A stretch of 64,000 bases of DNA, from positions 960,892 to 1,024,891 of the forward strand of contig KV454014.1 in the NCBI GenBank assembly GCA_001661245.1, given 5' to 3'. Made by a program: the position numbers and the translations under genes. Within the stretch, counting starts at the first letter, position 1. Every line of letters begins with the position of its first letter. Shown here one piece after another: positions 1 to 12,463 of the stretch. The notes below the pieces were generated by a model that was not told the DNA's origin, searched no databases, and saw nothing but the letters and a program-made list of their open reading frames with translations. Source of the DNA: Pachysolen tannophilus NRRL Y-2460. Lineage: Eukaryota.

Positions 1-486
1 TATGCGACAACTGGAATGTTTATCGTTAATGGATATCATATTCAACCATCATGGGCAAATAGTAATGTCTTAAATATTGAAGATTCAAACTATTTTCATC
101 AACCTGTTCCACTGTTTTTAGGAAACGAGATGGAATTAAATGGTGCCAGAAGATCTTTGATATTGAAAAAACAAATCAATGCAAGCAGATCAATTAGATC
201 AAAGACAAGTCCAAAATATAGACATTTCCCATCTCCAAAATCTCACTTGTCAGAATTTGATTGTGAAGAAACTAGAAGAATTTTCAGTAAATATGGAGAA
301 ATTGTTGATATTGCTCCCGTTATTTCAAGAAAATTATGCTTTTCTGTTCATTACTTTGACGTTAGAGGATCGATTTCTGCTAAAATCGATTTGGAAACAC
401 CAGGATCTGAATTGTATAACAAGTACAGTGAATGGACTGTTTGGTATGGTAAAGATCCATGTGATAGACCATGTTTTGCCTTATGA
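1..486 (+). CDS. SSP2: Sporulation-specific RRM protein Ssp2, 3' part (5' end outside window)
   Basis: Frame is open from base 1. Motifs GARRSLILKK, FSKYGEIVDIAPVISRKLC and WTVWYGKDPCDRPC resemble the S. cerevisiae Ssp2 C-terminus as recalled. Confidence 0.75.
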   Translation, partial: YATTGMFIVNGYHIQPSWANSNVLNIEDSNYFHQPVPLFLGNEMELNGARRSLILKKQINASRSIRSKTSPKYRHFPSPKSHLSEFDCEETRRIFSKYGEIVDIAPVISRKLCFSVHYFDVRGSISAKIDLETPGSELYNKYSEWTVWYGKDPCDRPCFAL

Positions 487-679
487 CAAGATTTGCTTTT
501 TTTTTTTTAATTGTGTGTTTTTTTTTTAATTTGTTTTTGTTTTGTTTTGTTTTACTTTTCATTTGCTTCTGATCCGGAGATGAGCTTTTGAAGAATAGGT
601 ATTTAAATATTATATATATGAATTTGATAAATATAGGAATACTTAGTTAGAGGAAGACAATCAATGATAATCCATGTTT

Positions 680-1033
680 TCAAAATGAAGAAGGTTTGAA
701 TTGTTGGGAACTATTCCCACCATGACTAATATCGCAAAACAGCTTCAACGTCAATTCAGGTTTTTCCTTTTCACCTAACCCAATATTTTTCAAGATATTA
801 TCATATTCCAGTTCAATATCAGCTATAATCTTATCTGTTATTTGACTAACCTGAAATTCTTTTGCATTTATCTGTAACCTATTAACGATTAAATTATGTA
901 AATATAACCTATCACCAGCAGTTATTCTATATTCAGCATTATCCACAGTTGTCAACTTCTCTATCACTACTGGCCTCAATATATTAGATATCCTCTCTTC
1001 CAACAATTCATCGGTTTCTATTAATTCATTCAT
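680..1033 (-). CDS. Hypothetical protein, ~117 aa
   Basis: ATG at 1033; normal amino-acid composition in AT-rich DNA; divergent from RAD53; no family recognised. Confidence 0.55.
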   Translation of the reverse strand: MNELIETDELLEERISNILRPVVIEKLTTVDNAEYRITAGDRLYLHNLIVNRLQINAKEFQVSQITDKIIADIELEYDNILKNIGLGEKEKPELTLKLFCDISHGGNSSQQFKPSSF

Positions 1034-1094
1034 ATTCTTTTTTTGCAAACTCTCTTTTATATGATGATGTATTTGGTAATATTTTAGCAGCCTG

Positions 1095-1100
1095 ACGCGT
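1095..1100. promoter_or_regulatory. MCB element (ACGCGT) in the RAD53 / small-ORF divergent promoter
   Basis: Exact ACGCGT about 150 bp upstream of the RAD53 ATG; RAD53 is an MBF target in yeasts. Confidence 0.6.
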
Positions 1101-1247
1101 TTTTATTTTCACAAAAAAATTTTAATTAAAATTGAGATCACCACCACCAAAAATACCAACTCAAGAAGTTAAGAAAAAAGCATCCGAATTCGACGGGATT
1201 CTTTGATATAGGCTGTCAGCGTGCTCTGAACAGCATCAGTATTTCAA

Positions 1248-3146
1248 ATGGAGAAGTCATCTCCTTATTGTAACAAGCAAGCTCAGCCCACGCAGCCAAC
1301 ACAACCAACACAACCGACTCAGAAATCTTGTAATGGTATAGTAATTGAGAATAATATTAATTCTTTATCGGAAAATACGATATGTCGGTTGATATGTACA
1401 ACAGAGGTGATCAAGGAGAAGTATTTAGATTTGCAACTGAAACCTCTGGGTTCTAAGCTAGAATGGGTGTTTGGTAGGAATCTGAATTATTGTGATTTTG
1501 TATTGACTAATAGATCAAATAGAATAAGTAATAAGCATTTTAAGATTTGGTATAACAATAAGAGTGGGAATGATAATTTAATGGTTCAGGACTTGTCAAC
1601 AAATGGTACTTATTTGAATAATTCTAGGTTGGTTAAAAATAATAATTATATATTAACTCAAGGAGATGAGATTTCTGTTGGTAATGGTGTACCCGAAGAT
1701 GTTATCACTTATATAGTTGTTTTCCCCAAGGCATTCGATGGTTTCCAAAAACTGGGGAATAACAATGGTAAAAGTATTGGAATTCATTTGGATTTCCATA
1801 TTAAGGACGAAGTTGTTGGATCTGGAGCGTTTGCAACGGTTAAAAAGGCAATTGAACGCAAGACGGGAGATACTTATGCAGTTAAGATAATATCCAAGAG
1901 AAAAGCAATGACTGGAGGACTTGATGGTGTTACTAGAGAATTGGATATCTTGAGAAAATTGAAACATCCAGGAATTGTTCGATTGAAAGCTTATTATGAA
2001 GATATGGAATATTATTACTTGGTAATGGAATTTGTTCCTGGAGGAGATTTAATGGATTTTGTTGCTGCAAATGGAGCCGTTGGAGAAGCAGCTGCAAGAG
2101 AAATTACAAGGCAAATACTAGAAGCTATCAAGTATGTCCATGAAAAGGGCATATCTCATAGAGATTTAAAACCTGACAATATATTGATTGCCCAGGATGA
2201 TCCTGTTATTGTTAAAATTACAGATTTTGGATTGGCAAAGATAAGTGATAGCGCATCAATAATGAAAACTTTTTGTGGAACTTTGGCCTATGTCGCTCCA
2301 GAAGTTATAATAGGAAAATTTGGTTTATCCAAATTCTTGAAAAAATTGTCCATGAAACAACAGCATGATTTAATTGCATCATCTCAACAAAAGGATGATA
2401 AAGCATATTCATCAAAAGTTGATATGTGGTCATTAGGTTGTTTGGTTTATGTGATATTAACTGCACATTTACCATTTAGTGGTTCAACTCAGGATTCTTT
2501 ATTCAGTAACATTGTAAGTGGGAATTATCATGAATCATTATTAAAAGAGTTTAGTGAAAATGCCAAAGATTTTTTAGAAAAATTATTTGTTATTGATGTA
2601 AATGAGAGATTGAATGCTTCAGAGGCTTTAAAACATAAATGGTTTTACGATTACGAGGAATTTGTTCCATCGTCGACTAATGTTAATTCTCAACAAGTTA
2701 GTTTATCGCAATCTCAATCTCAGCAGCGAAGATTAGAATCACAGATCAAAGCATCACAAGGATTAGAAAGTAATATTATATATGATGAAGATGAAACAAG
2801 AGAAAAACCTTTATTTAAAGTTCCTCCAGTCAAAAAATTTAAAAATAATAATAACGAGTTTTCCAAAATTAAACCAATCAACATACAACTATCACAAGAA
2901 CAGCAACTATCACAAGAACTATCACAAGATCAGCTGTTTTCCAAGACAAATAATACTGCTGATAGGATTCTTTCTGATAATTCACCTTTAAGAAAAATTC
3001 AAACTTCATTGGTAGAGAAAGAAGTGATATCAGAAAATTCCACTTCACCATTAAAGAAAAAAAGGAAAATTTCTTCTACTGGGTGGGGTAGTAGTGAATA
3101 TAGTAAATTGAATCAAAGTTTAAAGACTTCACTTATTTTGCTGAAC

Positions 3147-3182
<36 letters not shown>

Positions 3183-3884
3183 AATAGTTTTAATATAAGT
3201 AACACTCATAAAACTTGTGAAACTCGTGAAAATGAATCTTCCATTTCCAATATGGTTGAGAAACGAGAAATACCTCCGATTGGAACATTTTTAACTTTAT
3301 TGAAAATGCCCGAGTGTCTTAAAAATTATAAAAACTTGTACGTCCAACAGGGTCAAACATATTTTATTATTGGTAGAAATTACCAAATTACCGATGACAG
3401 ATGCTCCAAGATACATTGCATTATTATGAAGAAAAGACACCCAATCACCGAGAATTCAATCTACGAATCTGCTGCAATGGGATTGGAAGATCTTTGGCTA
3501 CTTGATTTTTCAACAAATGGGTGCTATGTTAACAACACCAAGATTGGTAAAAATAGAAAAATTAAACTTCAAGAAAACGACATCCTACACATTTTCAACG
3601 ACAGACTTAATAACGAACAACTATGCTACAAAATAATTTTGAATGACAAGACAGGGCTATACATAAATAACAACCAAGAGTTTAATCAAGTTGAAGAGCA
3701 AAATGCTAATGATGAAAAAATACTCAAATTCATCAAAAACCAAACAAAACAACAAAAAATCGACAACAACAGTAACAACAGTAACAACAGTAACAACAAC
3801 AATAACAATAACAATACTGACAAGAGAAGAATCAACGGTGAAGATCTAGTCACCAGCGGCAAACAGAAACATTGGTCCCAATAA
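1248..3884 (+). CDS. RAD53: DNA damage checkpoint kinase Rad53 (TQ cluster-FHA1-kinase-SQ cluster-FHA2)
   Basis: QPTQPTQPTQPTQ; FHA1 (FGRN...ISNKHF...DLSTNGT); kinase motifs GSGAFATV, HRDLKPDN, DFG, CGTLAYVAPE; second FHA (LDFSTNG); next to PEP4 as in S. cerevisiae. Confidence 0.96.
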
Positions 3885-4363
3885 CTAATATCAGAGTTAA
3901 ACACACAAATACAACACCATTCTCGACCCCATACTATTACTATTACTATTACTACTACTACTGCTGATGCTATCGTACTTCCGTTTTAGGAAATACAACA
4001 CGTCTTCTGTCATGCGAGCTAATTTGTGGCTGTTGATAGGAAGAGATGGGTATATAAGTAAATAGCTTGCCACCTTTTATCTATATGTTATCTATAAAAG
4101 AATTAAATAATTAGAGATATAATCAATCAATTAATTTATTAAAACAGAACTTATTGCTGTTTTATAAATTGAATAAAGTAGAAGAAATCTCTTTATTTTA
4201 AGGTTCTCTTTTTTTTTAATCTTTTTTTATTTTTTTATTTTTTATTTCTTTGCTTGTGTGTGAGTGAGTGTTTGTTTGTTTGTTTGTTTGTCAGTGGGTA
4301 TTATTTTTTTCCTTTCTTTTACCTAGAGTATCTTTTTGCTAGTTTTTATTTGATAATCAATAA

Positions 4364-5587
<1,224 letters not shown>

Positions 5588-6214
5588 AGCACTCATGTTT
5601 GTTAACATAATAAACAAACATTAAAACAATATTTGTGTTATTAATCATTATACCATTCTTGTCAAAGAAATAAGAAATAAAAAAAAATTTTTTTAAATAA
5701 ATGCTTTTTTTTTTTTTTTTTTTTTTAATTTTTTTACTATTATTTTTTTTTTTTTTTTTGTTCTCAAAATAATTAGTTGTTTAAAGATTCATTCCAATCG
5801 ATAATCAGTAACCATTAGAGGTTTCAATGAATTGTAATTTTTATAAAAACAAAAATCGCATTTTAGAGATAAAAGAGATAAAAACGTATCCGAAAGGTGC
5901 ATAGTAACAAAGAAAGAGATAAAAATAAAAAAGAATAAAAATGAAAATAAACAAGTTTGATTTTTGAATATGAAGAGACTTCCTTCATTCATCTTTATGT
6001 CTTTTTTTTTTTTTTTTTTTTTTAAATATATTTTCCATACACAATACAAGTTTTTTTTTTACCAATATGATAAAAATTCATTTATTACCTTAGTATGTAT
6101 TCGAAACGCCTTTTTAACAGAATAGAATCACCACAAAATACCACCTCAAATATATATATAACTTAACTATAAATACAAAATTGTTATTGAAAAAAAAAAA
6201 AAAAAGAAGAGAAT

Positions 6215-8614
6215 TCACCAAGAATCTTCTATTTCAAGTTTTTTCTTCGTATCTTCATTAGAGTTGAGAGAATAGTTTAATCTCTGACTATCAATTGGTT
6301 TCAACACTTGCTTTGAATCTTCGACAACATCAAGATGATCATCATGGCAACTTCTCATCGAGACATCACTTCTCATTGATTCATCCAGCTCTCTAATACT
6401 CAAGCCGGTTCTAAATTCTTCGTTTTTGGAAACTAAAGACTCTCTAACTTTTGAAGAAGCTTTTAAAGCATTTATTATAGAATTTTTATCATCTAATTGT
6501 TCTTTTAGATCCATAATCTCTTCTTCTTGATCTTTTACAATCTTATTTAATAATGAAATTTCTTCAATTGTGCTATTGTCATTCTTAGAATTTATTTTCT
6601 CAAAAAAGCCTAATTTGTTTTCTAAATGGCTAATGTAAGATTTTAGTTCTTCAATTTCTAAGAATTGTTTTTTATAAAAATCTTCCAATCCTATTATAAT
6701 TTCATTTTTTTCCTCTGCTGATACGTTTTCTAAATCTGGCAAAGATTGCAATAATTCATTTTTAATCATTATAGAATTCAATCTAGAATAATCGTTTAAT
6801 CTTTTATAATGCTCTACTTGTTCAGTTAGAATTTTGTTTTCTGCTTTGTTTTGAGAAAGTTCTTCATTTAAAGCAATAATACTTGATTCCAAAATGTGCA
6901 ATTTTTTCTGAGATGAAGAATATAATGGTGATGATTCGGAAATTGAAGTTTCCCTTGAAGATGCACTAGATGATTGTTTTGAGGAAAATTGCGAATTGGT
7001 TGATGAATTTGAAACTGTTGACTCAAGTGATGTCTTTCTAATTTTACTATTATTTATAGGAGATGGTAATTGATTATTTCCATGTTCATTTTTCAACAAT
7101 GTAACTTCTTTTTTATATCTATCTAGCTCAAGTTTCAACTTTGATATTAATTTGTCCTTATCATTTATATGACCTTCATTTTTCTTAACATTCAAACTGA
7201 TATTTTTAGCTCTTGAGGCAAATCTCAAAGTATTCACAGTTTCTGATAAAGTCGTTGATGAAAGATGTATTGTACATAATATACTGACTATGGAATTTCC
7301 ACTTAATGAACTTTGTAATAATCTTGTCAATTTTGAATCTCTGTAAGGAATATGAGTAGCTCCAGTAGGTGTTTGAGGCACTAAAAAAGTATTATTATTG
7401 TTAGATGATTGAGCACTTAATTTTGAAATAACAGTACTTAAAGCTAATAAAGATTTGTTGATAAAAGCTCCTTCTTTTCTTCTTTCTTGTTGACGTGTGG
7501 CTCTTTCAGATCCTGCAAGATCACATAAACTTAAAGTTGAAAATTTCTCAACACCAGTTGAGAGATCAACAGATTTAAGTTTGATTAATACAACGGCATG
7601 TGATCTAGAAGATCTCGAATTAAAATCCGTACCACCTGTTCTTCTAATTGAATCACCTTGTGATATATAAGTCAACAATTCTTGTGGTGAAGATACTTGT
7701 TGTTCATGTAATCCAATAACTTTAACTCCATAAAGAGGATCATCTCTGATTTTCAAATCTTCTCTTATAGATGTTGTATTTATTGAACTAGAAGAAGAAG
7801 AAGTTGAACCAAACCCCATAGTTGATTTTAATGAATTTGAAGTATCAGAATTTAACAAATCATATAATTTTTCATTATAAATTTCCAAATAAGAAATACT
7901 TATTTCATCATGTTTTATTCTACTTCTCTTTTCCAAGCAATTATAAATATTTCCAACAGCTAATTGAATTAAACCTTCTTCAAATTCCGCACCTTGCATA
8001 GAATAGGTTTTACCACTTCCAGTCATACCATAAGCAAATATAGTTCCATTAAACCCATCAACAAATTGTGATATAACAGGTTCAACCAAATTGGTAAAAA
8101 TATCCTTATTATTTATCATTGGATCAAATACATGATCATATTGAAACTCACCAAGTTCACTATTTGCAATAATACTATTTTCACAATCAATATTCCACGA
8201 AAGAGGAATATTATTTTCAACCAAAGGTCTTGGTCTAATGGCAACCCTTATTGTACCAGTATAAACTTGCAGATTATTATTATGTTGTTGTCCAGTTAAA
8301 GAAGAATTAGAAACCAAAGGTGTCATTGGTCTAAACGAACTCATTGAACTCATGGGCCTACTTGGTGTATTAAAACTTGAGTACCTCGAAGCTCGTGATG
8401 AAGAAGATGATAAGCTATTACTGTGCTTAACATTATTGGCTGAAGCTCTAACTGGAGTTCGATTCGATACTGAAGATGAAGGTCTTATTGGTCTTGGCCT
8501 CGATAATGATGAACTTGGGCGACTAGGCGGCGGTGAATCCGAAGTCTTCACTGTTATCCTCGTTGGTGTCTGAGCCCGTAACTTCGAAGGAGCTGTATTC
8601 GAACTCAACACCAT
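6215..8614 (-). CDS. KIP2: Kinesin motor Kip2
   Basis: Ser/Pro/Arg-rich N-terminus, P-loop YGMTGSGKT, SSRSH, DLAGSE, HIPYRDSKLTRLLQ, C-terminal coiled coil; first ATG at 8614; syntenic with PEP4. Confidence 0.92.
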   Translation of the reverse strand: MVLSSNTAPSKLRAQTPTRITVKTSDSPPPSRPSSSLSRPRPIRPSSSVSNRTPVRASANNVKHSNSLSSSSSRASRYSSFNTPSRPMSSMSSFRPMTPLVSNSSLTGQQHNNNLQVYTGTIRVAIRPRPLVENNIPLSWNIDCENSIIANSELGEFQYDHVFDPMINNKDIFTNLVEPVISQFVDGFNGTIFAYGMTGSGKTYSMQGAEFEEGLIQLAVGNIYNCLEKRSRIKHDEISISYLEIYNEKLYDLLNSDTSNSLKSTMGFGSTSSSSSSINTTSIREDLKIRDDPLYGVKVIGLHEQQVSSPQELLTYISQGDSIRRTGGTDFNSRSSRSHAVVLIKLKSVDLSTGVEKFSTLSLCDLAGSERATRQQERRKEGAFINKSLLALSTVISKLSAQSSNNNNTFLVPQTPTGATHIPYRDSKLTRLLQSSLSGNSIVSILCTIHLSSTTLSETVNTLRFASRAKNISLNVKKNEGHINDKDKLISKLKLELDRYKKEVTLLKNEHGNNQLPSPINNSKIRKTSLESTVSNSSTNSQFSSKQSSSASSRETSISESSPLYSSSQKKLHILESSIIALNEELSQNKAENKILTEQVEHYKRLNDYSRLNSIMIKNELLQSLPDLENVSAEEKNEIIIGLEDFYKKQFLEIEELKSYISHLENKLGFFEKINSKNDNSTIEEISLLNKIVKDQEEEIMDLKEQLDDKNSIINALKASSKVRESLVSKNEEFRTGLSIRELDESMRSDVSMRSCHDDHLDVVEDSKQVLKPIDSQRLNYSLNSNEDTKKKLEIEDSW

Positions 8615-9169
8615 CTCCAAATTAATTCCTGTAACTCTATCTTTACTTGTTTATCCTTGAATCTTATTTTTTTTTTTTTTTTTTTTAACTATAACCGATA
8701 ATACGTTTTATTTTGTATTGTATTGTTTTGTTTTGTTTTCTTGTTTTGATGTCTTTTCCGTGTTTTACTCAACCAAAAAAAAAATTTCCTTCTCCCTTTT
8801 TCCTTTTTAATTCAAATTGTTATATCCAAAAAATCAAACACATCAGATACATAACATATCAAATCCTACCAATTCTCTTTCAAAGATAAAAAAAATACTT
8901 TTTGATACCAAATTTCTAGTTAAAACTCGTCCCCGTTCTTATTCTTATTATTCTTCTTCTGCTGCAAAAAAATACAAAAAAAAAAAAAAAAATTGTTGAT
9001 TGTTTTGATATTTCCTTTTTAGGAAAATTGATTAAAATTGAGCCGTTTTGTATAGGTTCTACACGACCTGTTTTTCTGTAGTACAAGTTTAGGTGGATTA
9101 TTGGGTGGGGTTTTTTCTTTATTGAGTTACAATCTATATAAACTGCTATTTCAGTCATGGGATTCGATC

Positions 9170-10672
9170 TCATGAGGTCTGAGTGTGTTCTGAGTGTTCT
9201 GGGTATGCTGAGTGTGTTTGTTGTTCCATTTTGTTGGTTTTATTTTGGTAATATAGATCGTCAATTAAGAAATCTATAGGAGACAATGGAGAATTTCCTG
9301 AAAATTTTATTGCATGATTTGGTGATAAAAGAGATGAGTTTTCACGAGCAGTGTTCTTGATTGCCATGGAAGATGTTTCTGTGGTATGATTGGTAGAACT
9401 TGTATAGTTTTTCTGGTTCTGGTTTTCGTCGTTGTTGTTGCTAATTAATGGTGAGGTTTCGGTGTTTCTTTCAATAGATAATGTGTTTGTATTGTTCTTT
9501 TTATCTATAGGTGATATAATAGTGTTGATTCTTGGAGTCTTTGTTCTTCTTGGAGTTTTAGGCCTTGATTTTCTCTTATCAGTCCAAAAATACCATTGTA
9601 TTAAAATTCCTAGGTCAAATATGACAGTTCCCAAAGCACCAATAAAATAACTCAATTCTTTTTCCCAAAATTGTTTCGAAATTTCGCCTCCATCCAACGA
9701 TGATTCAGAAGTTATTAAAGATATTGAATATGTCAAGTTCCCAAATAAAGCTGCCAGTACTAAATAAACTGAGAGCCCTTTCACAGATTTCCTTTGGAAA
9801 TTGTGAACCAACTGAGGTAGCCTTGAAGATAAATATAAAAAAGTACATGCCCACGCTAAAATCTTTCCTAATGACATTGAACCTATTATAGGAAGTACAA
9901 ATGATGAGGATGCAGATGCAGATGATGATGCAGATGACGATGATACAAATGAAATTGGTACCGCCAGTGCTTTATTGAACCCAATTATAAAACTGGACGA
10001 AACCAAATTTGCAAAACTGTTTGAGAAATGGTTATTATGCGGATTAATACCATGATTATCGTTGTTGTTATTGGGTATTGGAATATGTTCTACTGGAACA
10101 GCAACCAAATCATCCTTGTCTCTATCAATCTCCTTAATGATAGTTGGTGTTCCTTCGTGATTTAATCTTTTAATTTTATCTCTTAGCAAAGAATTTGGAG
10201 ATTTGAACTGATTTAACCGTTGATTTTTTTTCAACTTCAACTTATAATTATTTTTAAATTTTGTATAAAAAAAAAATTGAAATCCCAATATTGAATCTAT
10301 AATACAATAATACCCACTTAATATAATTTGAAATGGTAAAGCTTCCATCATTAAACAACTTAAAAAATTTAAAAAATCACCTGCAAACCAACATAGTAAA
10401 AATCCCAAAGAAATACCATCAACAGATTTAGAATTATAATTTTTTATAACTTGTGGTAATTGTGCAAATAGCCAACTCGTTATTGACAAATAACCCGCTA
10501 CTAATGATAATGGCTTACAAATTAAAATTACCGACTCCTTATTAACTTTGCAACTCCCTATCAACATATATATTATTTTGGTGAAAAATTTCAGATCATC
10601 ACAGAAATCATCTTGACCAACAACTTTATTTGAAATCAGAAATACTGGCGAAAATTCTGAAGCTGACAGCAT
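9170..10672 (-). CDS. PQ-loop vacuolar basic amino-acid transporter (Ypq1/Ypq2/Rtc2 family)
   Basis: Two PQ-loop repeats (WLFAQLPQVIKNY..KSVDGIS and YLSSRLPQLVHNF.RKSVKGLS); start may be the ATG at 10567. Confidence 0.88.
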   Translation of the reverse strand: MLSASEFSPVFLISNKVVGQDDFCDDLKFFTKIIYMLIGSCKVNKESVILICKPLSLVAGYLSITSWLFAQLPQVIKNYNSKSVDGISLGFLLCWFAGDFLNFLSCLMMEALPFQIILSGYYCIIDSILGFQFFFYTKFKNNYKLKLKKNQRLNQFKSPNSLLRDKIKRLNHEGTPTIIKEIDRDKDDLVAVPVEHIPIPNNNNDNHGINPHNNHFSNSFANLVSSSFIIGFNKALAVPISFVSSSSASSSASASSSFVLPIIGSMSLGKILAWACTFLYLSSRLPQLVHNFQRKSVKGLSVYLVLAALFGNLTYSISLITSESSLDGGEISKQFWEKELSYFIGALGTVIFDLGILIQWYFWTDKRKSRPKTPRRTKTPRINTIISPIDKKNNTNTLSIERNTETSPLISNNNDENQNQKNYTSSTNHTTETSSMAIKNTARENSSLLSPNHAIKFSGNSPLSPIDFLIDDLYYQNKTNKMEQQTHSAYPEHSEHTQTS

Positions 10673-10715
10673 CCTTCCCTTTTGCTGAAATTATTCTCTA
10701 CTGTCCAGTTAAACA

Positions 10716-10746
<31 letters not shown>

Positions 10747-11095
10747 ATATGTTAATCGTCTGTTCTCCTCTCCCTTCAATCGAAGATCACGATCCTTGCT
10801 ATTGAAGAGAGCAGACCAAAGTAATTAGTTAAAAACTATAACTAAGAAATTTGTAATATAACACACAAGTATCAAGAATCTTAATAACTCATCAACCGTC
10901 CTAGATTATTTATTATCATTAATTGTTTCAAGTTTTAAATAATAATTTTAATAATTTTAAATGTTTTCTAACTTTTTTCTTTTTTTTTTTGTTTGTACAG
11001 AATTTTTCAAAAAAAAATTTAATTTTTATTCACTTATCATCATTAAAGATCATCTATCTATATATATACAATTAATTGATTATAATTAAAATTAT

Positions 11096-11866
11096 TTATT
11101 TTAAGAAATTATCACCATAAAATACACTTATTCCTTTTATTCTTCCTTGTAATTTCATATAAATGACTCTAGAGTTTTCAATTTTTAATTTTCTGTTAAT
11201 CAGAGACAATTGTTTTAAATTTGAATTTCTTGGAAGAAAGAATACAACTTTATTTGAAATTTTAAGACAATATGTTAATAGCTCTTCAAATCCAAAAGGT
11301 TTTAAATCATTTAAATCGAAAACCTCATCATTCGTATAACTTGGACCACCCCATGGAGGTGATGAATAGATAATATCAATATTATCATGACAAAAATTCA
11401 TAAAATTTTCATCTTTTACTGCAGATTTAAAATCACAATGTAAAGGTATTATTTTTTTAGAATTAATTTTATAAATTTGACAATTATTCAATGTACATTG
11501 TAAATTAATCTCATTATAATCTAAGGCATAAATTTTTGAAAAAAATCTACCAAATTGTATTGTATTACCACCTCCTCCACAAAATAAATCTAATATCTTA
11601 GTATCATCTGGATAACAATATTTTAAAAATTTTGCTGTAAATAATGCAATATCTTCTGGAGTCACTGAATACCATAATTCTGTAGTTAATTCAATACCAG
11701 AATCAAATTTCTTAAATAAAGAATACCGATTTTTCCAATATTTCTTAACATCTTTTGGTAACGATTTATGAGTATGATTTATTGCAATATCATGTGAACT
11801 AGGAATCTCTTTAGATACATTATACAAATAGGGTACTTTTTTTTTCATCATCTCATACAGTACCAT
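11096..11866 (-). CDS. TGS1: Trimethylguanosine synthase
   Basis: KYWKNRYSLF, ELWYSVTPE, DLFCGGGGNTIQF, SPPWGGP; first in-frame ATG at 11866 (start uncertain). Confidence 0.93.
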   Translation of the reverse strand: MVLYEMMKKKVPYLYNVSKEIPSSHDIAINHTHKSLPKDVKKYWKNRYSLFKKFDSGIELTTELWYSVTPEDIALFTAKFLKYCYPDDTKILDLFCGGGGNTIQFGRFFSKIYALDYNEINLQCTLNNCQIYKINSKKIIPLHCDFKSAVKDENFMNFCHDNIDIIYSSPPWGGPSYTNDEVFDLNDLKPFGFEELLTYCLKISNKVVFFLPRNSNLKQLSLINRKLKIENSRVIYMKLQGRIKGISVFYGDNFLK

Positions 11867-12004
11867 ATACTTTTCACTCACTAAAACCTAGCACACAATA
11901 ATTTCCAGTCTCTGTATATGACTTCTTCTACCAAATACCACAACTATCAATCATTTAATTAATTAATCAATCAATAAAGTTATCTTCTTCTTCTTCTTCA
12001 TCTT

Positions 12005-12012
12005 CTCATCTC
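12005..12012 (-). promoter_or_regulatory. PAC-like element (GAGATGAG) upstream of TGS1
   Basis: CTCATCTC on the + strand about 140 bp upstream of an RNA-processing gene. Confidence 0.4.
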
Positions 12013-12463
12013 TTGCCAACCAGCGAGTATCCACCTGGTAGATAGCTAGCTAGCCAGCCAGTCAGCCTGCCTCTCTGCCTTCCCTTTCAAGAACGAGAAA
12101 AAAAAACCTTTTTTGCTAAAACGCACTACTTTTTGCTTTTACACGCACACTTTGCGGCTCATGGTTTTTTATTCATGCAAGATCAAAATAACCAGCCATC
12201 TCTATAGTTTGTAATTGGGTTGGTTTTTCCATTGAAAGGTATATTTTTAGTTAAGCTCCAGCCATCTATCTATCTTGATTCAGGAATGTTCCCCTTTGAT
12301 CTAATGTTTGTCCACCTAGCAGTTAAACTCACCAAGAAACTTATAAAACAAAAAAAAAGACAAAGAAAAAAAAAAAAAAAAAAAACAAAGTTGGATATCT
12401 GTTGAAGATTTATATTTTAAAGATCAAACTGACTCTTGAGACTGCAGAGTTTGGATTTTTGAA

